A DNA stretch of 64,000 nucleotides from Escherichia coli (GTDB taxonomy: Bacteria > Pseudomonadota > Gammaproteobacteria > Enterobacterales > Enterobacteriaceae): NCBI RefSeq assembly GCF_024700885.2, contig NZ_CP117016.1. The stretch is one strand, 5' to 3'. This document shows positions 33,609 through 44,730 of this stretch, piece by piece (the first letter of the stretch is position 1; each line of letters starts with the position of its first letter). The notes beneath the pieces were generated by a model that worked only from the letters and a program-made list of their open reading frames with translations, searched no databases and was not told the origin of the DNA. A program made the position numbers and the translations under genes.

Positions 33609-36600
33609 ATGTCACGTTATAAAACAGGTCATAAACAACCACGATTTCGTTATTCAGTTCTGGCCCGCTGCGTGGCGTGGGCAAATATCTCTGTTCAGGT
33701 TCTTTTTCCACTCGCTGTCACCTTTACCCCAGTAATGGCGGCACGCGCGCAGCATGCGGTTCAGCCACGGTTGAGCATGGAAAATACCACGGTAGCTGCT
33801 GATAATAATGTGGAGAAAAATGTCGCGTCGTTTGCCGCAAATGCCGGGACATTTTTAAGCAGTCAGCCAGATAGCGATGCGACACGTAACTTTATTACCG
33901 GAATGGCCACAGCTAAAGCTAATCAGGAAATACAGGAGTGGCTTGGGAAATATGGTACTGCGCGCGTCAAACTGAATGTCGATAAAGATTTCTCGCTGAA
34001 GGATTCTTCGCTGGAAATGCTTTATCCTATTTATGATACGCCGACAAATATGTTGTTCACTCAGGGGGCAATACATCGTACCGACGATCGTACTCAGTCA
34101 AATATTGGTTTTGGCTGGCGTCATTTTTCAGGAAATGACTGGATGGCGGGGGTGAATACTTTTATCGATCATGATTTATCCCGTAGTCATACCCGGATTG
34201 GTGTTGGTGCGGAATACTGGCGCGATTATTTGAAACTGAGCGCCAATGGTTATATTCGGGCTTCTGGCTGGAAAAAATCGCCGGATGTTGAGGATTATCA
34301 GGAACGCCCGGCGAATGGCTGGGATATTCGTGCTGAGGGCTATTTACCTGCCTGGCCGCAGCTTGGCGCAAGCCTGATGTATGAGCAGTATTATGGTGAT
34401 GAAGTCGGGCTGTTTGGTAAAGATAAACGCCAGAAAGACCCGCATGCTATTTCTGCCGAGGTAACCTATACACCAGTGCCTCTTCTGACACTGAGCGCCG
34501 GGCATAAGCAGGGCAAGAGTGGTGAGAATGACACTCGCTTTGGCCTGGAAGTTAATTATCGGATTGGCGAACCTCTGGAAAAACAACTCGATACAGACAG
34601 CATTCGCGAGCGTCGAATGCTGGCAGGCAGCCGCTATGACCTGGTTGAGCGTAATAACAATATCGTTCTTGAGTATCGCAAATCTGAAGTGATCCGTATT
34701 GCTCTGCCTGAGCGTATTGAAGGCAAGGGCGGCCAGACGGTTTCCCTGGGGCTTGTGGTCAGCAAAGCAACTCACGGTCTGAAAAATGTGCAATGGGAAG
34801 CGCCGTCTTTGCTGGCCGCAGGCGGAAAAATTACGGGGCAGGGCAATCAGTGGCAAGTGACGCTCCCGGCTTATCAGGCAGGCAAAGACAATTATTATGC
34901 GGTTTCAGCGATTGCCTACGATAACAAAGGCAATGCCTCGAAACGTGTGCAGACAGAAGTGGTTATTAGCGGAGCTGGTATGAGCGCCGATCGTACGGCG
35001 TTAACGCTTGACGGTCAGAGCCGTGTTCAAATGCTTGCTAACGGTAATGAGCAAAAGCCGCTGGTGCTGTCTCTGCGCGACGCCGAGGGTCAGCCAGTCA
35101 CGGGCATGAAAGATCAGATCAAGACTGAACTAACTTTCAAACCGGCTGGAAATATTGTGACTCGTTCTCTGAAGGCCACTAAATCACAGGCAAAGCCAAC
35201 ACTGGGTGAGTTCACCGAAACTGAAGCAGGGGTGTATCAGTCTGTCTTTACTACCGGCACGCAGTCAGGTGAGGCAACGATTACTGTTAGCGTTGATGGC
35301 ATGAGCAAAACCGTCACTGCAGAACTGCGGGCCACGATGATGGATGTGGCAAACTCCACCCTGAGCGCTAACGAGCCGTCAGGTGACGTGGTTGCTGATG
35401 GTCAGCAAGCCTACACGCTGACACTGACAGCGGTGGACTCCGAGGGTAATCCGGTGACGGGAGAAGCCAGCCGCCTGCGACTTGTTCCGCAAGACACTAA
35501 TGGTGTTACCGTTGGTGCCATTTCGGAAATAAAACCTGGGGTTTACAGCGCCACGGTTTCTTCGACCCGTGCCGGAAACGTTGTTGTACGTGCCTTCAGC
35601 GAGCAGTATCAACTGGGCACATTACAACAAACGCTGAAGTTTGTTGCCGGGCCGCTTGATGCAGCACATTCGTCCATCACCCTGAATCCTGATAAACCGG
35701 TGGTCGGCGGTACGCTTACGGCAATCTGGTCGACAAAAGATGCCAATGACAACCCTGTGACCAGCCTCACGCCGGAAGCGCCGTCATTAGCGGGTGCCGC
35801 TGCTGTTGGTTCTACGGCATCGGGCTGGACAAATAATGGTGATGGGACGTGGACTGCGCAAATTACTCTTGGCTCTACGACGGGTGAATTAGCGGTAATG
35901 CCGAAGCTCAATGGACAGGACGCGGCAGCGAATGCGGCTAAAGTGACCGTGGTGGCTGATGCCTTATCTTCAGGCCAGTCGACAGTCTCTGTGGCAAAAG
36001 ATCACGTAAAAGCAGGCGAAAGCACAACCGTGACGCTTATTGCAAAAGATGCACATGGCAACGCTATCAGCGACCTTTCCCTGTCGGCAAGCCTGACAGG
36101 TGCTGCATCTGAAGGGGCGACGGTATCCAACTGGACCGAGCAAGGCGATGGTTCCTATGTCGCTACGCTGACAACAGGCGGAAAGACAGGTGAGCTTCTT
36201 GTCATGCCGCTATTCAACGGTCAGCCAGCAGCCACCGATGCTGCGCGGTTGACTGTCGTAGCGGGGGATATGTCATCAGCGAACTCTACGCTTGTTGCGG
36301 ACAATGAGGCTCCGACCGTCAAAGCGACGACGAAACTCACCTTCACCGTGAAGGATGCGTATGGGAACCTTGTCACCGGGCTGAAGCCAGATGCACCGCA
36401 GTTTAGTGGTGCCGCCAGCACGGGGTCAGTGCGACCTTCAACAGGAGACTGGTCAGAAACAAGTAATGGGGTCTACGTGGCGACCTTGACTCTGGGATCT
36501 GCCGCGGGCCAGTTGTCTGTGATGCCGCGAGTGAACGGCCAAAATGCCGTTGCTCAGCCACTGGTGCTGAATGTTGCAGGCGACGCTTCCCGGGCAGTGA

Positions 36601-37862
36601 TCAGTGATATGGCGGTGAAGGTGAATAACCAACTGGCAAATGGACAGTCTGCTAACCAGGTAACCCTGACCGTCGTGGACAGCTATGGTAACCCGTTGCA
36701 GGGGCAAGAAGTTACGCTGACTTTACCGCAGGGTGTGACTAGCAAGACGGGGAATACAGTAACAACCAATGCGGCAGGTAAAGCGGATATTGAGTTGATA
36801 TCAACCGTTGCAGGGGAACTTGAAATCGCGGCCGCGGTGAAAAACTCTCAGAAGACGGTCACGGTGAAATTCAACGCGGATGCCAGCACCGGTCAGGCAA
36901 ACCTGCAGGTAGACACCGCCGTTCAAAAAGTGGCAAACGGCAAAGATGCCTTTACGCTGACGGCGACCGTTGAGGATAAAAACGGTAACCCTGTTCCAGG
37001 CACTCTGGTGACCTTTAATCTGCCCCGGGGTGTCAAGCCGCTTACTGGCGATAATGTCTGGGTGAAAGCCAACGATGAGGGGAAAGCAGAGTTGCAGGTG
37101 GTTTCCGTGACTGCCGGAACCTATGAGATCACGGCGTCGGCAGGAAATGACCAGCCTTCAGATGCGCAGACTATAACGTTTGTAGCCGATAAGGCTACCG
37201 CAACCGTTTCCAGTATTGAGGTGATTGGCAACTATGCACTGGCGGACGGCAAAGCCAAACAGACGTATAAAGTTACGGTGACTGATGCCAATAACAACCT
37301 GTTGAAAGATAGCGACGTGACGCTGACTGCCAGCCCGGCTTCGTTAAACCTGGAACCGAATGGCACTGCGACAACGAATGAGCAAGGGCAGGCTATTTTC
37401 ACCGCTACCACTACTGTTGCGGCGACATACACACTCAAGGCGCAAGTGAGTCAGACCAACGGTCAGGTATCAACGAAAACTGCCGAATCTAAATTCGTCG
37501 CGGATGATAAAAACGCGGAGCTCACCGCATCATCTGATGTGCAATCGCTGGTGGCGGATGGGAAATCGACTGCGAAGCTGGAGGTTACCCTGTTCTCGGC
37601 AAATAACCCTGTTGGGGGGAATGTGTGGGTCGACATTGAGGCTCCGGAAGGAGTGACGGAGAAGGATTATCAATTCCTGCCGTCGAAAAATGACCATTTC
37701 GTGAGCGGAAAAATCACGCGTACATTTAGTACCAGCAAGCCTGGTGTCTATACGTTCACATTTAACGCCCTGACCTATGGCGGGTACGAAATGAAGCCAG
37801 TGACGGTGACCATAACCGCGGTGGATGCCGATACGGCAAAGGGCGAGGAGGCGATGAAGTAA
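33609..37862 (+). CDS. fdeC: Intimin/invasin-family adhesin FdeC (EaeH), full length, 1417 aa
   Basis: N-terminal inverse-autotransporter beta-domain followed by many Ig-like repeats; uninterrupted ORF. Confidence 0.85.
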   Translation: MSRYKTGHKQPRFRYSVLARCVAWANISVQVLFPLAVTFTPVMAARAQHAVQPRLSMENTTVAADNNVEKNVASFAANAGTFLSSQPDSDATRNFITGMATAKANQEIQEWLGKYGTARVKLNVDKDFSLKDSSLEMLYPIYDTPTNMLFTQGAIHRTDDRTQSNIGFGWRHFSGNDWMAGVNTFIDHDLSRSHTRIGVGAEYWRDYLKLSANGYIRASGWKKSPDVEDYQERPANGWDIRAEGYLPAWPQLGASLMYEQYYGDEVGLFGKDKRQKDPHAISAEVTYTPVPLLTLSAGHKQGKSGENDTRFGLEVNYRIGEPLEKQLDTDSIRERRMLAGSRYDLVERNNNIVLEYRKSEVIRIALPERIEGKGGQTVSLGLVVSKATHGLKNVQWEAPSLLAAGGKITGQGNQWQVTLPAYQAGKDNYYAVSAIAYDNKGNASKRVQTEVVISGAGMSADRTALTLDGQSRVQMLANGNEQKPLVLSLRDAEGQPVTGMKDQIKTELTFKPAGNIVTRSLKATKSQAKPTLGEFTETEAGVYQSVFTTGTQSGEATITVSVDGMSKTVTAELRATMMDVANSTLSANEPSGDVVADGQQAYTLTLTAVDSEGNPVTGEASRLRLVPQDTNGVTVGAISEIKPGVYSATVSSTRAGNVVVRAFSEQYQLGTLQQTLKFVAGPLDAAHSSITLNPDKPVVGGTLTAIWSTKDANDNPVTSLTPEAPSLAGAAAVGSTASGWTNNGDGTWTAQITLGSTTGELAVMPKLNGQDAAANAAKVTVVADALSSGQSTVSVAKDHVKAGESTTVTLIAKDAHGNAISDLSLSASLTGAASEGATVSNWTEQGDGSYVATLTTGGKTGELLVMPLFNGQPAATDAARLTVVAGDMSSANSTLVADNEAPTVKATTKLTFTVKDAYGNLVTGLKPDAPQFSGAASTGSVRPSTGDWSETSNGVYVATLTLGSAAGQLSVMPRVNGQNAVAQPLVLNVAGDASRAVISDMAVKVNNQLANGQSANQVTLTVVDSYGNPLQGQEVTLTLPQGVTSKTGNTVTTNAAGKADIELISTVAGELEIAAAVKNSQKTVTVKFNADASTGQANLQVDTAVQKVANGKDAFTLTATVEDKNGNPVPGTLVTFNLPRGVKPLTGDNVWVKANDEGKAELQVVSVTAGTYEITASAGNDQPSDAQTITFVADKATATVSSIEVIGNYALADGKAKQTYKVTVTDANNNLLKDSDVTLTASPASLNLEPNGTATTNEQGQAIFTATTTVAATYTLKAQVSQTNGQVSTKTAESKFVADDKNAELTASSDVQSLVADGKSTAKLEVTLFSANNPVGGNVWVDIEAPEGVTEKDYQFLPSKNDHFVSGKITRTFSTSKPGVYTFTFNALTYGGYEMKPVTVTITAVDADTAKGEEAMK

Positions 37863-37982
37863 TATTAAGAATATGAAAGTAACATTCTAATAAACAATAA
37901 TGGCGTTGACATCTTCAACGCCATTATTTATTGAATTGCCTGACAGTAGTCTCGTTATAAATTCATGTAAACATCGTTACAG

Positions 37983-38873
37983 CTAAACCGGGCGAACGGG
38001 GATAAAAATTTCGCAAACAATGTTATTGCTATCAATTTCGACGAAGTTTTCATTGTAATAAAATCGCTCAATATCACTGCCGTTCACTCTGGCTAACCCC
38101 CTGGCAGGTAATTCCATCAGATAGAGGTTTCGCGCCCATTCAGGGTAGTGCTCCCACTCACCTTCATAGCGGAAAGAGGCATACAGTCCTCGGTTAATTG
38201 TCCACTCTTTCGACATCTCTGAATCGGTTTGTTTGCATACCGTACCGGAAAAAGTTTCAACTGTGAGCAAATCGACCGATTTTGTTGACGGTTCGAATGT
38301 GGAGACGAAATAGATATCCGTCTTAAAACTCTTCATACATCTGGCTAAATGATGACGTCGCAGTTTGACTTCTTCATCCGGTGATTTATTCGACACTTCA
38401 ATGTCATATTTAAATGAATCGCCAAAAATAGGTGTCTCAGGAAAGTTGACTAATTTACACTCCGTCTTTTGCTGTTGACGTATTAAAAAAGAAGGGAAGA
38501 TATTTGCGAGATCCCAATAATCACGGTGGCGGTATTCACGGGGAGAGCAGCCGAATAACTTTTTAAATTCACGGCTGAATGACTGCTGTGAATCAAAATG
38601 CAAAGAGAGTGCAATATCAAGCATAGATTTCGCGGTGAGCCGGACAAGAATGGCGGCACGACAAAGCCTTCGTTTGCGAATGTATTCTCCCAAAGGCACA
38701 TGCATGAAATTTCGGAACAGAAGCTGGATGTTGCGTCTGCTGTAGCCAGATTTCTGTGCGATATCTTCGATTGAAATAGGGTGCTCAAGATTGCACTCAA
38801 TCCACTCCAGGAGCTGCTGTAGAATCTTCTGCCTGATCATCACATTCTCCATTAATTCTTTGTCATATCGCAC
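37983..38873 (-). CDS. ykgA: AraC-family regulator with C-terminal GyrI-like domain (YkgA-like), 296 aa
   Basis: AraC HTH region IEDIAQKSGYSRRNIQLLF...FDSQQSFSREFKKLFGCSPREYR; alternative start at 38840. Confidence 0.7.
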   Translation of the reverse strand: MRYDKELMENVMIRQKILQQLLEWIECNLEHPISIEDIAQKSGYSRRNIQLLFRNFMHVPLGEYIRKRRLCRAAILVRLTAKSMLDIALSLHFDSQQSFSREFKKLFGCSPREYRHRDYWDLANIFPSFLIRQQQKTECKLVNFPETPIFGDSFKYDIEVSNKSPDEEVKLRRHHLARCMKSFKTDIYFVSTFEPSTKSVDLLTVETFSGTVCKQTDSEMSKEWTINRGLYASFRYEGEWEHYPEWARNLYLMELPARGLARVNGSDIERFYYNENFVEIDSNNIVCEIFIPVRPV

Positions 38874-39073
38874 ATTTTCGTTATGCCCTGGGCCCTAAGT
38901 GTATCAAAAACAGCAAGGCCCAAGGCAAAAGCACTGGTAGCGTCTGCTTCGTTGTCCCCGAAAATAGAGAGGTTTCAGCCCTACATTATTAATGAATTTT
39001 TTGCATAAGTGATATCAAAATCCACATACTAATTTGAGGTTATGTTTTAACGTAGACTCATTGTTCATGCCTA

Positions 39074-39958
39074 ATGGAGGGACTGACAGTGGAATTTTCC
39101 GTATTAAGTAACAATCTGAAAATGCCGATGATGGGATTTGGTGTTTTTCAGGTTACCGATAAAAACGTGTGCAAACAGTCAGTGTTGAATGCTATCCGCA
39201 CGGGTTATCGACTCATCGACACTGCAGCGGTATACGGTAATGAAGATGCCGTCGGTGAAGCCGTTCGTGAAGCTATATCTGAAGGTTTATGTACCCGAGA
39301 AGAGTTATTTATAACGTCTAAATTGTGGGTGCAGGATATGGTGAATCAGGATATTGCAGCAGCAGGTATTGAAGCATCATTAAAAAAATCGGGACTGGAA
39401 TACTTCGATCTCTTTTTATTGCACCAGGCCATGCGCGATTATTTCAGTGCGTGGCGTGCACTCGAAGATGCCTATGAAGAGGGCAAATTAAAAGCGATTG
39501 GGGTTTCCAATTTCTACCCTCATGTTCTGGCGAACTTTTGTGAAACGGTAAGAGTTAAACCGATGGTCAACCAGGTCGAGTTGCATCCCTATTTTGCCCA
39601 ACCAGAGGCGCTGGCAACCATGAAGTATTATAACGTGCAGCCTGAAGCATGGGCTCCGTTAGGTGGTGGACGACATAAACCCTTTGAAAATAATCTGCTT
39701 CAGAGTATTGCAGATGCCCATCAAAAATCGATTTCTCAGGTCATTCTGCGTTGGAATATTCAACGGGGAGTGGTCGTTATTCCGAAATCGACACATCAAC
39801 AGCGTATCGAAGAAAATTTTGCTATTTGGGATTTCTCACTGACAGAGAAAGAAATGGCGCAAATTAGTTCGCTTGATTTGGGTTATGTTGGGGAATCGGT
39901 AAAACATTTTAATCCTGAGTTTGTTCGTAGTTGTCTTGCTGTAAAAATACATGATTGA
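39074..39958 (+). CDS. Aldo-keto reductase, 294 aa
   Basis: MPMMGFGVFQ...LIDTAAVYGNE motif; start codon uncertain. Confidence 0.75.
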   Translation: MEGLTVEFSVLSNNLKMPMMGFGVFQVTDKNVCKQSVLNAIRTGYRLIDTAAVYGNEDAVGEAVREAISEGLCTREELFITSKLWVQDMVNQDIAAAGIEASLKKSGLEYFDLFLLHQAMRDYFSAWRALEDAYEEGKLKAIGVSNFYPHVLANFCETVRVKPMVNQVELHPYFAQPEALATMKYYNVQPEAWAPLGGGRHKPFENNLLQSIADAHQKSISQVILRWNIQRGVVVIPKSTHQQRIEENFAIWDFSLTEKEMAQISSLDLGYVGESVKHFNPEFVRSCLAVKIHD

Positions 39959-40117
39959 TATTAATCACTTATTTTACCTGAGATGACAAGAATCTTTTAA
40001 CAGGGGAGTGATATTGATCTTCACTCTGTCATATCTCCGGTAATATGGCGTCAGGCTTCATCATCAGAAAGGGGGCCTGACGCCTGAAAAAGTGAACAAC
40101 AGACAGTGTTCGGATTA

Positions 40118-40711
40118 TCAATATTCAGTTTTTAACGTTGAACTGGATTCATTACTGCGTTGTTTAAGAATGTCCCGCGCCGAATCTGCCATTATCATGA
40201 CAGCACCTGCCAGCATCAGAGTATCTTTCAATACCAGGCGACCAGCACCAGATAAATAAGGGAAACCATGATGAGCGTCACCCAATGCGGGTACCCATGC
40301 CTCCGGGGTGGTGATTAAAAATGAGAGTGTTACCAACGGTGTGGTAAATGCCATCAGCCCTCCCAATAAACCTAACCAGCGATTGACAGGATTAGCCAAA
40401 ACCAGCAGAGCAATAATCACCTCCACGACGCCAAGACCGTTGGAAAAACCATAGGTATTATTGGCCGATTGCCATGCCCTTGCTTCTGGTTTGTATTCGC
40501 CTTCGTGAGTCAGATACTGTTTATAGTCTTCCGGGTGTTCATAAAAGAACGACATTAGTGGACTGTTTGCGACGAATGGTGTAATGCTGTCTGCCTCGTA
40601 AGGGACAAACTTTAATAACCCAATCCACATAAAAACAATCGCAATACTCAGACGAATCAATGTCAGGCCAATTTTATCTCCCCGACTTAACAGGTGCAGG
40701 TATTTTTCCAT
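40118..40711 (-). CDS. rclC: Reactive chlorine resistance membrane protein RclC (YkgB), 197 aa
   Basis: Membrane protein downstream of rclA-rclB; start at MEKYLHLL. Confidence 0.8.
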   Translation of the reverse strand: MEKYLHLLSRGDKIGLTLIRLSIAIVFMWIGLLKFVPYEADSITPFVANSPLMSFFYEHPEDYKQYLTHEGEYKPEARAWQSANNTYGFSNGLGVVEVIIALLVLANPVNRWLGLLGGLMAFTTPLVTLSFLITTPEAWVPALGDAHHGFPYLSGAGRLVLKDTLMLAGAVMIMADSARDILKQRSNESSSTLKTEY

Positions 40712-40722
40712 TGTGAACATCC

Positions 40723-40959
40723 TTATTTATACAATACTGCTGTTGCGGTTGAATTATTATCAATTCGCATCGATGTGACTTTCCAGGATGAAGCATTATA
40801 TTTTCTGGCTATATCAGCAATGGCATCCTCCAGAACTGTCGGTGATGCTGATACTGACGAGACGCTGATATGTTTCAGAATTATTTTATCATCTGCATTG
40901 GTGGAAAATGCCATAACGCCAGATAATAGTGTTGCAAATAAAACGGATTTTTTAAACAT
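40723..40959 (-). CDS. rclB: Periplasmic protein RclB (YkgI), 78 aa
   Basis: Signal peptide MFKKSVLFATLLSGVMAFSTNA. Confidence 0.8.
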   Translation of the reverse strand: MFKKSVLFATLLSGVMAFSTNADDKIILKHISVSSVSASPTVLEDAIADIARKYNASSWKVTSMRIDNNSTATAVLYK

Positions 40960-41067
40960 ATAAAATACCATCAATGAAGTGATTAAGAATTTATAGAGTA
41001 ACAGAGAATTAATAAGATTCTTTTCTCTGAGACGCCAGAATATTTGTTCTGGCGTCTGATTTTGAGT

Positions 41068-42393
41068 TTATTTGACTAATGAAAATAGATCATTGAGTGA
41101 TTCGCTCATCGACGGATGAGTAAATATCTGATCGCGTAATATGCTATAAGGCAGCCCGGCATCCATCACCATTTTCACTATATTAATCATCTCGTGGGAG
41201 TCAACACACAGCAGTGATGCCCCTAATATACGTTGGGTTTTATTATCAATAATCGCTTTTAATACCCCACGAGTATCATTCATCACTCTGGCACGCGGAA
41301 TTGCAGCTACAGGCAATGTCACCACCTGAATATCAGCACCACTCTCTCTGGCTTGTTCTTCTGTCATACCAACCCTGGACAGGGGCGGTGTCATAAATAC
41401 GGAATAAGGCACATTTTTCCGATCATCAGTACTACGTTTGCCTTCACCCAGTAACTCATCACGTACAATGCGGTAATCATCCAGTGATATGTAAGTAAAT
41501 TGCAGCCCGCCGGTAACATCTCCCATCGCCCAAATATTGTCTGCGGTGGTATGTAATCGCTTGTCAACGACAATTGCCCCGCGCTCGTTTACTGCGATAC
41601 CGGCATTTTCTGGATGTAACGAAGCGGTAGCCGGTTGACGACCGGAAGCTATTAACAGTGCATCCACCGCCAGTTGGGCGTGCTCGCTATGCACTTGCAC
41701 TTGATTTTCATGGTGACTGATTCGCTCCACATGGGCATTGAGGATAATATCGACGCCCTGATCGCGTAAAATCGTCGCGATATTATCAGCAATATCCCGA
41801 TCTTCCCGAGGCAAAAACAGCGAAGCTGCCTCTAAAATGGTTACTTTGCTGCCAAAATTAGCGAACATAGAGGCGAACTCAACGCCAATATATCCGCCGC
41901 CCAAAATACCTAAATGCCCAGGCAATTCTTTTAGATTAAGTAATCCGGTGCTGTCATATACACCAGGCGTGGTGGTAATTCCAGTAATTGGCGGAACCAC
42001 GGTTTGTGCACCGGTATTAATAAAAATTTTCTCGCCATGAATTTCCAGATTTCCCTCAGGCCGATGAACACGCAGGCTATGATTATTGATAAACTCCGCC
42101 TGGCCGTCGATCACGTCGATATTGGGCATATCCGCAAGATTATGAAAATTCTTATTACGTAAAAAATTAACCACTTCATTTTTACGCTGTATGGCACGGA
42201 CAAAATCTGTGTGCTGCTGTGCGTCATGAACCAATGTTTTGGTTGGGATGCAGCCGATATTAATACAGGTCCCGCCATACATTGCATTTGATTGTTCGAT
42301 GAGAGCCACTCGCCAACCTGCTTTTGCCAGCGTGACGGCTAATGTTTTTCCAGCCTTGCCAAAACCAATAATCACTGCCTGATATTTATTCAT
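41068..42393 (-). CDS. rclA: Pyridine nucleotide-disulfide oxidoreductase RclA (YkgC), 441 aa
   Basis: FAD-binding GFGKAG and redox CxxxxC (GTCINIGC); start at MNKYQAV with AGGAAA RBS. Confidence 0.85.
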   Translation of the reverse strand: MNKYQAVIIGFGKAGKTLAVTLAKAGWRVALIEQSNAMYGGTCINIGCIPTKTLVHDAQQHTDFVRAIQRKNEVVNFLRNKNFHNLADMPNIDVIDGQAEFINNHSLRVHRPEGNLEIHGEKIFINTGAQTVVPPITGITTTPGVYDSTGLLNLKELPGHLGILGGGYIGVEFASMFANFGSKVTILEAASLFLPREDRDIADNIATILRDQGVDIILNAHVERISHHENQVQVHSEHAQLAVDALLIASGRQPATASLHPENAGIAVNERGAIVVDKRLHTTADNIWAMGDVTGGLQFTYISLDDYRIVRDELLGEGKRSTDDRKNVPYSVFMTPPLSRVGMTEEQARESGADIQVVTLPVAAIPRARVMNDTRGVLKAIIDNKTQRILGASLLCVDSHEMINIVKMVMDAGLPYSILRDQIFTHPSMSESLNDLFSLVK

Positions 42394-42618
42394 GATGATT
42401 TCCTGTCGAAACGCGTTCATTTGACATCATGACTATAGACGCAAAAGAGCAAATAACATTTCTTCACAACGCTTGATATTTTGTCTTATCGTCTGGTATT
42501 TTCTTTTTCTTAATCAGAATCACAAAACAAAAATCATGATTAACTATTTGATGGTATTACATTAATTATTTACTAAGATTGTTGGTATTTGTAATCAAAA
42601 ACCACTCAGGAGTCTGAT

Positions 42619-43473
42619 ATGGATGCCCTTAGCCGTTTGTTGATGCTTAACGCTCCACAAGGAACGATCGATAAGAATTGCGTGTTAGGAAGTGACTGGC
42701 AACTTCCACATGGTGCCGGGGAATTGTCGGTTATTCGTTGGCATGCGTTAACGCAAGGAGCGGCGAAGCTGGAAATGCCGACGGGAGAGATTTTTACATT
42801 ACGCCCGGGAAATGTGGTCCTGCTACCACAAAATTCAGCTCATCGCCTGAGTCATGTCGATAATGAATCGACCTGTATTGTCTGTGGCACTCTTCGGCTG
42901 CAACATTCGGCGCGTTATTTTTTAACGTCTTTGCCGGAAACGCTGTTTGTAGCACCAGTGAACCATAGCGTGGAATATAACTGGCTGAGGGAGGCGATCC
43001 CGTTTTTACAACAGGAATCCAGATCGGCAATGCCGGGAGTGGATGCTCTGTGTAGCCAGATCTGCGCTACATTCTTTACCCTCGCGGTGCGTGAGTGGAT
43101 TGCACAGGTTAATACAGAGAAAAACATTCTCAGTTTGCTTCTGCATCCACGTCTTGGTGCGGTAATACAGCAAATGCTGGAAATGCCAGGACACGCCTGG
43201 ACCGTCGAATCGCTGGCCAGCATCGCCCACATGTCCCGGGCAAGTTTTGCCCAGCTTTTCCGTGATGTTTCCGGAACCACGCCGCTAGCTGTATTAACAA
43301 AGTTGCGTCTACAAATAGCGGCCCAGATGTTTTCCCGGGAAATGCTCCCTGTTGTGGTGATCGCTGAGTCAGTAGGCTATGCCAGTGAATCATCTTTTCA
43401 CAAGGCGTTTGTCCGCGAGTTTGGTTGTACTCCGGGAGAATATCGGGAAAGGGTCAGACAGCTTGCACCCTGA
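42619..43473 (+). CDS. rclR: AraC-family redox-sensing regulator RclR (YkgD), 284 aa
   Basis: Divergent from rclABC; C-terminal AraC HTH. Confidence 0.85.
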   Translation: MDALSRLLMLNAPQGTIDKNCVLGSDWQLPHGAGELSVIRWHALTQGAAKLEMPTGEIFTLRPGNVVLLPQNSAHRLSHVDNESTCIVCGTLRLQHSARYFLTSLPETLFVAPVNHSVEYNWLREAIPFLQQESRSAMPGVDALCSQICATFFTLAVREWIAQVNTEKNILSLLLHPRLGAVIQQMLEMPGHAWTVESLASIAHMSRASFAQLFRDVSGTTPLAVLTKLRLQIAAQMFSREMLPVVVIAESVGYASESSFHKAFVREFGCTPGEYRERVRQLAP

Positions 43474-44000
43474 ATAAAACCGCCAGAAATCAGGGCAAAG
43501 ATAATCCGCATTCCGGGAGTTGTGAGCCTTTCAACTATTTCTATTTCCAACGGTGGTTTGGGCTTTATATATTTTTTTCTGATGGACTCTAGCTCAGTTT
43601 TTAAATAAAAATGCAAACTAAATTGCTTCAATTAAATAAAATGCCGATTATTACTTGATACGTAATTATTGTTGGTGATTTTGTTTGTACACCATCAGTG
43701 TATATCTCAATAACCCCTGAATAAGTAGCACTGAATAGGTATAAGGGATGTAGCCTTTTTAAATGGATTTCTTATGCCAAAAATGATCGTCGATTTCCCT
43801 ATAAAATGTGAGCGATGCCGAAAGAAATAAAATTAGTTATTGCATTTGAAGTTTGGATGAAAGATTATCATTTGTCATACAAATGAGGGGTGGTATGTTG
43901 CTAGCCAATTAAAAAAGAACGCCATATTTATTGATGATTGATCCCCCGGAAGGGGGGAACCATCGGGCATAAATGGGCATGAAGTAATGGAGTATTAGTT

Positions 44001-44720
44001 GTGAATGTCAATTTCTTTGTCACCTGTATTGGTGACGCCCTGAAATCAAGAATGGCACGAGACTCCGTGCTGCTACTGGAAAAACTCGGCTGTCGCGTAA
44101 ATTTCCCGGAGAAACAGGGATGCTGCGGTCAGCCTGCGATCAATAGTGGTTATATCAAAGAAGCGATTCCAGGGATGAAAAATCTGATCGCCGCACTGGA
44201 GGATAACGACGATCCCATTATTTCACCGGCTGGCTCCTGTACCTATGCCGTAAAAAGTTACCCAACGTATCTGGCGGATGAGCCTGAATGGGCATCACGT
44301 GCCGAAAAGGTTGCCGCGCGTATGCAGGATCTCACCTCTTTTATTGTTAATACATTAGGGGTAGTCGATGTAGGTGCCAGTTTGCAAGGGAGAGCGGTGT
44401 ATCACCCATCTTGTAGCCTGGCCCGTAAGCTGGGGGTGAAGGACGAGCCACTTATGCTGCTGAAAAATGTGCGTGGACTGGAGCTGTTGACCTTTGCTGA
44501 ACAGGATACCTGCTGCGGATTTGGCGGCACGTTCTCGGTCAAAATGGCCGAAATATCCGGCGAGATGGTGAAAGAAAAGGTTGCGCACCTGATGGAAGTC
44601 CGCCCTGAGTATTTAATTGGTGCTGACGTGAGTTGCCTGCTGAACATCAGTGGGCGATTACAACGGGAAGGGCAGAAAGTCAAAGTAATGCATATTGCCG
44701 AAGTGCTGATGAGCCGCTGA
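44001..44720 (+). CDS. ykgE: LutA-like Fe-S oxidoreductase YkgE, 239 aa (GTG start)
   Basis: Cys-rich CCG motifs (GCCGQP, CCGFGG); first gene of ykgEFG. Confidence 0.85.
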   Translation: MNVNFFVTCIGDALKSRMARDSVLLLEKLGCRVNFPEKQGCCGQPAINSGYIKEAIPGMKNLIAALEDNDDPIISPAGSCTYAVKSYPTYLADEPEWASRAEKVAARMQDLTSFIVNTLGVVDVGASLQGRAVYHPSCSLARKLGVKDEPLMLLKNVRGLELLTFAEQDTCCGFGGTFSVKMAEISGEMVKEKVAHLMEVRPEYLIGADVSCLLNISGRLQREGQKVKVMHIAEVLMSR

Positions 44721-44730
44721 GGATATAAAG

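Noticed and set aside
34344-34856. 170-aa antisense ORF inside fdeC, and similar antisense ORFs inside paoC, ecpC, betA and yahG
   Set aside because: Embedded in and antisense to long, well-supported genes; typical GC-rich shadow ORFs.
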